Positions 25,318 to 35,123 of a DNA stretch of 64,000 bases are shown here, piece after piece; position 1 is the first letter of the stretch, and each line of letters starts with the position of its first letter. Both the position numbers and the translations under genes were made by a program. This DNA comes from Dimorphilus gyrociliatus (lineage: Eukaryota > Animalia > Annelida), in NCBI GenBank assembly GCA_904063045.1, contig CAJFCJ010000028.1, forward strand, positions 186,001 to 250,000, in the 5' to 3' direction. The notes below the pieces were generated by a model. It saw nothing but the letters and a program-made list of their open reading frames with translations, did not search any database and was not told where the DNA came from.

Positions 25318-26549
25318 TTATGTCAAATATAGTTGAAGAGATCCTATCTTTTCTGATATCTCTTTCTCCAGACTTTCCTGAATAAGATAGAGAAAAAAAA
25401 GACGCCTTTTAGCAATGTTTCACGTTTACTGTCACAAAACAAATCGCACTTACAACTTTCCTTTTAGTTTCCTCTACTTTGATTCGTAAAAGTGTGATAT
25501 CCTGTATAGGTTATAATCAATTTAAATAATAATAAAATTACTTTATTTATAAATCTAGCTCTTACAGGAGGAAGTTCTTTATAAGCTGAGAGTTTCGACT
25601 TCAAAGGCTCTAGCTGTTTATCTAAACGCTTTACCTCTTCGGATAATTTAGCAATATTTTCATGACTATATTCATCTTTGAAACCATTTTTTTGTAAGTT
25701 TTCCTGTTTTTTTTTTAAGAAAAAGGAAGATAATAGAATGTATAAATTATCAATAAGAATCTTTCAATAATTTAATGATAATTACTTGAATTATCTTAAT
25801 TTTATGATTATATTGATCAGCTTTCTGTTTTAGAATTTTACTATGATTAAGTGACGAGGCAGCATCGGTTCGTTTTTCTTCCATTCGCGATATAACTCTT
25901 GCCGTAAATTTTTCATGCATTTTTTGCTTTTTTTCTAATCGTTCCATATATTTTTCAATAAGCTTTAACTCTCTATCAACCTTCAATAATCTAACTTGAG
26001 CTGCTTTTGAATTTTTCTCCAAATGGTATGCTGAGCAGCATAAACTGAGAATTTCAGAATGAAATCTTTTAAGTAAATTTTAAGTGAATATTATGCATAC
26101 CAAACCTTTCATAATCTGTATTGGAAAGATTCATGAGACAGGCGTACTCTGAAAGGAAATCTAATGTTTCCGCCCCTGAAGTTGTCAGATCGGTTGGTGA
26201 TATGCCAAGTTCTTTAATAATAATTTTTAGTCGATTTGCTACATGAAAATTTTTTAGATGTTGGTTTATCTTAAAGTAATATTTGATAAATACTTTCGTC
26301 AATATATTCGCTTGTCTTCAATTCAAAATCTTTGGATTTAGCGATGCGGCAGGTTTCAATAAGCTGTTCGAATTCTTCTGGTAAAGCCTCCATATCACCA
26401 GTAATCTTGTGAAAAATTCTTCCTGATTAAGAAGTGTTAATCTAATAATTAAAATAAATAGATTGAAATCCGTTAACAAGACGTCCTTTAACTTGATTTA
26501 TATAAAAAAAAACATTACCGGCTTTTGCCAAAAATCGTTCTATTGACAT
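25318..26549 (-). CDS. HAUS1: HAUS augmin-like complex subunit 1, multi-exon
   Basis: Spliced KTSEYIDETNRLKIIIKELGISPTDLTTSGAETLDFLSEYACLMNLSNTD aligns with recalled KASEYESEAKYLQDLLMESVNFSPANLSSTGSRYLNALVDSAVALETKD. YSHENIAKLSEEVKRLDKQLEPLKSKLSAYKELPPDITLLRIKVEETKRKV aligns with the HAUS1 C-terminus. Start codon 26549 is the best guess. Confidence 0.8.
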
Positions 26550-29485
26550 ATGGTGTCCAGAAATGCCTGAATTATGATATAGTCCCCGTATGTAAACTAA
26601 ACTTTTCGTCTTGAAAGAAATATTATAAAGCTTGTAGATTATTCAAGCAATTGTTCGATAATACTTAATTTACATAGATACAAAAACTTTATTGTCAGTT
26701 GTTCTTTGAATTTTTATGCGGGGATAATTTGCCTAAGTACAGTAATTATTTAGCATTTTAAGTGTGTAAATGGTATAGTGCGCGTGGAATATAACAATAA
26801 AAGAGCAAATAATAACAATAATAATAATAAAGGGTTTAAAAAAGAGTTTTCTCTTGGATGGTAGGTCACTAAGACACCATGTGAAAAGTTGCTTCTTTAA
26901 TTTCCTCTGTAGGGAGCATGAAAAATAGTTTAGTTTTAAAAATAGCAATTTTATTGACGTCTCGTCGCTTTCGATGAGGCATAATTAGTAAAACGTAGCG
27001 GGTGTGTTAAAAAGAGAGAGCTAAAGCGGCTATCAATTTTGCATAGTAATAGGCGAGAATGTCAACTTAGGTATTTTTCTACATTGGTTGGTGATTCACG
27101 CCTCGCTAAATCGATTCACCAGTCGAATAATCATAAAAATATTTCGCCGACATTCAACAGATTGCTTCCGTCCAGTTTCTTTATTTTTTGCCTATTCTAT
27201 TTATGACCCCCTCCCTTCAATAAAAACCCTAACCACTAGGGTTTCTCTATTCCTCTCTTTCACTCTTTCTCTTTCCGAAATCATTTAAATTGTCACCCCT
27301 CCTCCAAAGTTAGCATTGCTCTTTGTTTGATAGACCAAACTTCAAAGCACTATTGATGCCGGTAACTTTCTTTGACGTTTTATTGCTATTGATTCAGAAA
27401 AAATCACCAATAAACTATTTAGAATACACAGTAAAGAATATCTTAATAGGAGTAACGGACAACAATTAACTTTCATCTCTCGCATCATTAGGTACGTTTT
27501 ATTGCTTAATTAATGGTTGTTATAGGAAAAGGTCAACCCTCGGTCTCAAATATTTTTACTCCCCATTCTATCAATATTGATACTTTATTTCAATTGCTCT
27601 AAGATAGTAAATTCATGTCCAAAGCGCCATATTTTTTTCTTGACGTAATCTGGACACGTATTACGATTCATTGCATATCTATCCGATAACTAGCTAATCC
27701 CACACCTGAACGGAACGCCTTGCGTTTCTTGACAGACTGGTGAAAAGATCTATGTTTATTTAGCACGAATAAGAAGTCTTAACTACATTTACAATTCCCA
27801 AACAAGGTAAATTTAATTAAATTATTTTCAAAAAAAACCTGTCATGTACAATTTTACGGAAACTCTTGAAATATCGTTAAGAGTGTTTATAGGCCTACTT
27901 GCGAATGCTGGTACTCTTAAGCTGTCTCTTTTATAGTTGTAAAATACGGCGGCTATCGCCTTTTATCTTTTATTTTTATAAGGGCTTCTTCATTTGCACA
28001 ATTTTTGTGAGTGATTTATTTTCGTAGCTTTCTAATTGTCAAATCATTTTGGTCCTAAAAAAGTAAAGGGTTCACTATAGTTCAAGCTCGCTTTTCGCTT
28101 ATTGTAAATAAGGAAATACCTAAGTGAAACTTATGGTAAGTCGATTAGAGAAACTTTTTTTCCTTGTTATTGTCAATAGAAAGGGTTTTTTTTCAATCTT
28201 TTCTATTACAATGCTTATTATTTATAAAGATTAATGCGTTTTGAAGATTACTCATTTTGCCTTTAATACTTGACTTACTTGCATATTTTACACTGTTCTT
28301 AAATAGTGGAAAGGAATGAAATTATATATTGATTGAGCGGTGTGATCGACGTACTCATTGTTCTCATATATTCCCCTTATAAACGACCTTAAATCGCCCT
28401 TTAGTTTACCATAATAAATTAAAAAAGAATTTTGTAAAGAGTGCCATCTTTAAATCATTTTACTTAACAATAATAAAATACTTTAACATAGGGAAAGGTG
28501 AGTGATATTGATCTTAAATTGCAATTCTTTTCTAATATCATTTTCCGAATCGCTTCTTTGGTCACCTGTCCAATTAGTAATTATACGTCCTTTATCAGAA
28601 AGAGTAGATTAGTTGTTGATTACAAATATTAATAGGCTATATTGCTTGGATTTTTTTTATCCTGAACAATGACTTTATTATAGATATTTGATATGTACGA
28701 TCTGAAAAATTTACACATAGATAGTATTCAGAAGAGGTTGTAAAGTAAAAGGGGAACGGCTCATGAGATCTTGCTGATAGTATACATCTAAATTAGAATT
28801 ATGTAATATCATTATCGAATGAGTTGCGGCATTTGTATGATATTAATCGTATTCCTATAGTAAATTTTGCCCAATATAGTAGTATCTTCCTTTGTCCTCT
28901 TTAATTGACATCTGATCATCAAAGTAGATTCTTTCTCGCCGCCACGCTCATTGCCATGCGCCTCTAATCAGTTTCTATTCGGATACATTGTAGCCTTTTT
29001 CACTCTATCTTTGGATTGCGTCATAAGAATTTCTTATCGACGATAACGATGTGGAAAGGTATGTTTTAGTGAAATTCAAAGAGCATTCTGACATGGTTTA
29101 ATTTACGATGCTTCATTTAGGATGTTTTTTACGAATTCTAATTGCTTCATTTTCGACGACACTAATAATACCGATGGCATCCTTTGAACACAAAAAAAGG
29201 GCAAAAGATAAACAACTGTCTCTAATTTGGCTTCTCGCAACTTAATTAACTCAACTAGTCAATTTTTTTTAATCTTTCCTCTAGAGTTTACTAGGTCAAC
29301 TCATAATTTAACTCGAAAATTTTTATGTCCGTTTTATTTTTACTAACAAATTCATAATAATAAAAGTAAACGATAAAACTTAAAAATATCTTACTTCAAC
29401 CTGACTATCACTTTTTATTGATTTGCATTGTAACGCTGTAACCTACTGACCACGAGTAAAGCTCCCTCCGAATATGGTATTAATT

Positions 29486-29640
29486 AATTTCAAAATTTCC
29501 CGCGAAAATTCCGTCAGTTTACGGACTTTAGACTTGGAAAAAGATTGCCACCAATCGTTGTGTCTGGGTCACAAATTTGACTAGCCAATGAGCGTCAAGA
29601 TTTCAAAAGAATAAGTAGCAGACGCCAAATTGGCGGTTCA
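29486..29640. promoter_or_regulatory. Probable bidirectional cell-cycle promoter (E2F/CDE-CHR plus two CCAAT boxes)
   Basis: Minus strand reads TTTCGCGGGAAAtTTTGAA (29507-29489); CCAAT at 29551 and 29585; TTGGCGG near 29630; CpG-rich patch. Confidence 0.55.
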
Positions 29641-30254
29641 TAACGTTTTTCTACCTCGAAGTTAGAATAATGTAATTAGTTCTTATCCTCTTATTTAAAA
29701 AAGAAAAATAAAAAATAAAAAGGTTTGTCTCATTTGTATCTACAAACTTTCTTTCAGTTTTTTGTGCTATTCTTTCTAACTACGGAGATATTTGAATACC
29801 TTTACTGGCAAAGTTTTGAGTAGGTGGCTTATCGGAAGCTTGGTACAAAGAATATATATAAACCGATTAATCTAGTTTCATTGAATAATTCGTTATAGAC
29901 TAGTATCATTTATTCGATATAGCATAAAGCTCAAGGTACTTAGTAAGTACGATCGATAAACTTTATACATGACTAAATTATGATTCACATTGCGCCCAAA
30001 CTGTTACGCTCTCTTTTTAAATTTAGAGATTAGCCTGTTATTTATTTTTAAAGCTGAACGGTAAAGATAAAATAACTGGAATTATTTCATATCAATCTTG
30101 TGATAGATATAGAAAATAGTTATAGGTGCTAACTTATTGACCAGGAATATGCTTATACTGCGTTTTTTACCGCAATACCGGAAATTTGTTAAAGTCAAAT
30201 TATAAACATATTTAGCGGTAAGTCATACTAAAAGCGTATTCAATTAAATTGTAA

Positions 30255-30890
30255 AACGGTCTGAGAATGCCATATCCTTTATCGGCCCGAACCCTTAGGC
30301 TATTTGCACGGGGTCAGGGTAGGAAGGCATGACAGCGAAATGTCATAAATCCCACATTCTCACGAATCCTAAGAATGTTCGTATGATTTTTATCCTCCGG
30401 GAGGATTTTTCAGGGTGTAAATTGATAAGGATCGCAGACGAGATTTTTTTGAAGGAAAAAGAATACATTCAATAGGTTGACACCAAATTAATAAACATGG
30501 TAGTTGAATCTCTTTGATATACGAGTAAGATTTGGGATAACAGCCGACCAGTATGTCATTCCTTCGGCCGAAAAACTTCGGGAAATAATAAAACTGCCAC
30601 TGTCACCAGTATTGTTGAATAAATAGCAGAAAAAACTTGTTGATAGACTCTGTCACTTGCACCCCTCTTACATAAACAAGGGTTTTTTAAGTGCAAAGCC
30701 GATAAGGATCTGTCATCAAGGTATTTTAGAAGAAAATACTAGCTTATGGGCTCTCCATAAGGCGATGGGAGACTTGGGGCTTTGCAAAGTTTACAAATTT
30801 CAAGTTTCGCAAACTTTCTGAGTCTTTGAAGGAAGCATACCATACGGAAACCGGCACTTGAACAGATAAATGTTCGATAACGTTGAACTT
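30255..30890. ncRNA. Candidate structured non-coding RNA element (identity unknown) in a probable CCNF 5'-UTR intron
   Basis: GC elevated (about 48% counted over 30251-30360, versus AT-rich flanks), no long ORF, several perfect 6-7 bp hairpins and a 12-bp long-range helix; see findings. No family assigned. Confidence 0.3.
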
Positions 30891-30986
30891 TCTCTGACTG
30901 TTTGACTAAAACTTTTTAAATTTAAATAAAACCCCAACAAATATGTTATATAATCAATCCCTCTCATCCTTTTTGCCCATACAGAT

Positions 30987-32902
30987 ATGGATGAACAGCT
31001 GTGTTTATTAGACTTACCCGTCGAAATTCTTATACGGATTTTAAAAGGCATGCAGATGCCCGATATACTCAATTTAGCTAAGGTAAAATCCGATTAAGGA
31101 ATGTTCCTCTTTCATCTTTTCTGATTGTTGTTTTTTTCAGGTTCATCCTGTATTTAGCGATTTAGTTTTATCAAATAAGTCTGTTTGGTTAAACGCGAGC
31201 TTCAATGGTGTCTGGCCCAACGATAACAATAAAGAAGCATTTCATAGGTAATTATTAAAATAGTATTCTTGGTCTATATCAAATATTCAATGTTAACAGA
31301 GCTTCCGTATGCGGCAATATTTCGGCAACGATCAAACTAAGTCTGGCCTATTTATACAACGAAGGTTTGGCTTTGGATATGTCATCCGATTACGCTGTCA
31401 ACTATCTCGGACGGAAAGTGGCAACTTTATTGTACGAAGCCGAAAAGTTAACACCCGAAGTAGCACCCTTTACGTGGATTTTCATAAGGCCTCCATGGAA
31501 TGTACACAAAAGTAGATGCTGCAAGGCAGAAGTTTACTATGCAATGTGTGAAAAGTATTCTGGTAAGGACATCCTAGCTGACATCAAGACCTGTCTGGCA
31601 AGAGTAGAAGATCATGTATCACCTTCTGGTGAAACCCCTGTGGAATTATTTAAGGAAGCCGCCGAATCTGGTGAGACTTATGCTCAGTACAGATTGTGGC
31701 AAATCAAGTATGGTCGACTTTTTGATTCAAAAAATACAACAAAGGATGCCGGTTTAGAGTTGGAGGCAATTCGCAGCTTGAGATCTCTTGGATCTCAATC
31801 CTTGAAGAGTCGAAAAAATCACGAGGCTTGTTTAAAGTTAATGGAGATATATGCAAGAAAAAAATTTGGTGGTGTTAATGAAAATGATGCACTCGCGTTT
31901 TGCAAGAAAAAGATAACTGATTTTAATAAGATAAGTTTTCCCGCTACAAAAAGAAATATGCATATAACACAGAGTATGAGATATATACTCGTAGACTGGC
32001 TAGTAGAGTTAACAAGCATAAAATGTCTGTCTTCCTCAATTCTTCATCAAACTGTTGCTCTGGTCGATAAAGTTCTTAGTTCGAGATATATTTCGAGAAG
32101 TCGATTGCAATTAGTAGGGATAGCAAGTATGCTTCTCGTATGTCGTTATGAAAATTCAAACATACTAACCATTCGAGAGGCTGCATGGTTAACCGATAAT
32201 ACTTATAAATACGGAGACGTTGTTAGAATGATTGGAGAAATTACAGCACTTACTCAAGGTCGTCTTCAGTTACCAACCGCATATGATTTTATCGAAGCTC
32301 TCGGTTACGTAGCCGAATTAAATTTTACTGGTGTCTATATGCTTTATTATATTTTGGAAGTTAGTCTGCATTATTTCGAATTTATAAGAGATTTTGGTCC
32401 TTCAACTGTTGCATGCGCAGCATGTTTGCTGGTTCTTCTCACTCTAAATAAAGGCACAACAAGTGCCGAAAATCTCTGGACGCCTTTACTCATAAAATAT
32501 ACCGGTTTCACGTTGAAAGACTTGAAAGAGTGTGCCCTTAGACTACATTTGTTCTATACTGATGTAAAGCCGGTATTAGATCATCGAAGGCAACCATTAA
32601 CTCAAGTTCGAGAACGCTATTCCCGAGATGAATTCGGCAGAGTTAGCGAATTTGAAACGTTAACTCATCAGCAATTATGCAGCGTACTCTCTGTGGCTAG
32701 TCAGAACACTAAGAAAGAAACCGTTCAAACCTTCAACAAACAGTTAATTATGTCTCCGACGAGAGGAGGTACTGGAAATTTTCCAATGGAAGCAGAACGT
32801 CACTTAGCAGCAACACCAACAATGGAAGAGTCGGAAGAGAGGTATGAAAAGAAAAGGAATCATCCAAATGACGATTCGATTACAAAAAAGATGAAAGTTT
32901 AA
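30987..32902 (+). CDS. CCNF: Cyclin F (F-box + cyclin domains), 601 aa, 3 exons (30987-31082, 31141-31247, 31300-32902)
   Basis: F-box LLDLPVEILIRIL..; KLSLAYLYNEGL; APFTWIFIRPPWNVHKSRCCKAEV (CCNF-specific); cyclin box MRYILVDWLVEL..LQLVGIASM..IREAAWLTDNTYKY. Confidence 0.95.
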
Positions 32903-33491
32903 AAAATGATTTTATTTTTTTTACCAAAGAGGTTGCATTTAGGAATGTTATTAAAAAACTTGAAGTAACTGTGCTGTTTTCCTTTTTACAGTTTATATTT
33001 CTTATGTACAAAAAATTTTAATACATTTACATTTATAAGAAAAATTAGCTAATATAACTATATCACTTTTGAATAGCTAAATTTTAAAACATGTTATTTT
33101 TTAACCAATAAAAGTATTTTTTTCAAAGATTTTAAATTTCATTTTCTTTATTTTGCACTTATACTTTAAAATAATTGTCCACCTATTTTAATGCCGACAA
33201 CGCCATCTATATTTCATTTCTGAAAAAGTTTGGTTATACTATTTGAACTCTACAATGTCAAAGAACATGTGATGATGCCCTTTTGAGTGTTTCTCTAAAT
33301 ATACAGTATTGGAATTTAATAGTTTAATTTTAAAATAGTATAAAAGTACTTTTTTTAAATTTAATTTTATAAAGAAATATAATAGAAAACTCGCAAGGTT
33401 ATTTTATTCAAAATAGTTTATTTGCCTAACCTTTTCAAACGTTAAATTGACGTTTCAATGATTTGAGTTTGTTTATTAAAAATAAATAACT

Positions 33492-34275
33492 TCATCCTTC
33501 CACTAATTCTTCCACACTAATTTGACCAGCTATTTTTTCATATACGTATTTCATTGTTCTTTTCATCCATTCGTCGATTTTAGGAGATTTTCTATTTTGT
33601 CTTACAAGAATCGACCATGCAACAATATCAGCCAAGCAGGGTTTGTCACCTAAAAGAAATTCGGAGTTACCATTTTCAATGGAAACCACACCTCGCCATT
33701 CAACATCTTCAATTAAATCATCAATTTTTGTTTGAGTAACAATATCTTTTTCTGCTGCTATGAGACTGTTCAAATATCTGGCAATGTTGCCCTCACCTTC
33801 TATTCTTGTACCAGAAACGAAAAGTGACGGTTTCTTCACGTCTTTCCATATGAATGTAAGACCCATGCTGAAACCATTTCGAGAGAAGGATGTACAACCA
33901 ACGTAAGATGACAAAAGATACGCTTTCGGGACGTGTGTGATTGATGAGTGAACGTGACTGCTTACTCGGACATTATGATAAGAACTAAGGAGGTTAGCCA
34001 AAACAAAAATTGAAAAAGGAGGATCATTTGGATTCACAGATATCACGTGGTCCTCGCAATTCCCACCTAAACATGGAACTTGGGGACAGATTGTATCTAA
34101 ATCGATTCTTAATTTATCAATTCTTTCAAGTAGTCTTGTTTGTCTCTTCTCTAATTCTAATAAAATATCTTTATTCTGAAAAGTAGCGAAGTAAATAGAT
34201 ACACGTGACTTCAAAAATGAAACTCACCTGTTCTCCGCCGTTCGAAAAGCAGACAAATGGTTTAACTTCATACAT
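33492..34275 (-). CDS. AIMP2: Aminoacyl-tRNA synthetase complex-interacting protein 2 (p38), 243 aa, 2 exons (34275-34228, 34175-33492)
   Basis: MYEVKPF start; leucine zipper LELEKRQTRLLERIDKL; VISVNPNDPPFSI..VHSSITHVP; GLTFIWKDV; IEGEGNIARYL; GST-C-like LLGDKPCLADIVAWS. 52-bp intron. Confidence 0.9.
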
Positions 34276-34459
34276 AGGCGAAGAATTGTCCTCGATTTTA
34301 ATATTACTTACTATCGGCTTTGTCGAATACATATTTATGTCAAAAAATGTAGTTTAAACTAACAGGAAGTCAATAAAGGTTATTGAAAGTCTGGTATCTT
34401 AGTTTGTACATTATTAGTACATATTAAACATCATCGGAACAAGTAACCATTACGTCTAA

Positions 34460-34530
34460 AACTTCTCGCGAGACTGAAACTATACGATATCGCAATTCCT
34501 GATTGGTCGAATATATCGTGACGTCAACGA
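34460..34530. promoter_or_regulatory. Bidirectional promoter between AIMP2 and the ADP/ATP carrier
   Basis: Perfect palindrome TCTCGCGAGA (34464-34473), reverse CCAAT (gattgg, about 34501), CRE GTGACGTCA (about 34518); YY1-type CCGCCATTTTG further downstream at 34740-34750. Confidence 0.55.
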
Positions 34531-35123
34531 TCTCTTGTCCTTTCACACCGCACTTGTGCTGTTGAAGTCGAGATAAGTCGATTTTCTACTAATTCTAAGT
34601 AAGTATTTTTTTATTTAACTGAACAAAACCGTTAAGTTCATATATTTATATAAAGGATGATGAAGAGTACTATTTTTGTCACTATTTGCTGTTACTGAGC
34701 TTTTAGAAACTGTTTTAAATGTTTCTCTCACTGATCGGACCGCCATTTTGATTCCGAATCGTAGAGGTCATAATTTACTATAAGTTTTAACTTTTTTTAA
34801 ATGTCATCAATTGCTTTCCTTAAATTGTATATAATCGAAGAGAATCTTATGCTAAATTTGAAAAAAAAAGTGGATCTGTAAATGTAGAAACTTAGAAACA
34901 GCCACAGCAAGGACAAATAAGTCAACTGAACCTGTTTCAATACATAGGTTCAATTGAGGTGATACCTATATAATATTGATAGAGGATTATATTTTTACGT
35001 CTGTATCCTTATCCTTGTCTTTAATATAGGTTAATTTGAAAAAAATTTTTCACAGCCTTATTTGAAAGGGCATTGACATGGTCATTGACCGATACCATCT
35101 AATTTTTTTTTGTTCAAACAGAT

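Noticed and set aside
27039-27048. TTGCATAGTA (miR-153-like); also TGAGATC at about 28763 (bantam-like seed)
   Set aside because: Only the first 7-10 nt match and no pre-miRNA hairpin can be formed.
28552-28563. ATCGCTTCT resembling the U2 snRNA 5' end
   Set aside because: Match ends after 9 nt; no branch-pairing sequence or Sm site follows.
30258-30266. GGTCTGAGA resembles the RNase P RNA CR-I/P4 strand
   Set aside because: No matching TCAGAC(T/C) CR-V partner downstream, and the upstream sequence cannot form P1-P3; RNase MRP motifs also fail to pair.
30272-30280. ATATCCTTT matches the U12-type 5' splice site
   Set aside because: No TCCTTAAC branch site with a nearby AC/AG was found downstream, and no coding exons require it.
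30272-30286. Minus-strand peptide ADKGY (DDE transposase-like motif) and the 13-bp inverted repeat as a possible MITE terminus
   Set aside because: Surrounding frames are full of stops with no other transposase motifs; the inverted repeat does not extend and has no target-site duplication.
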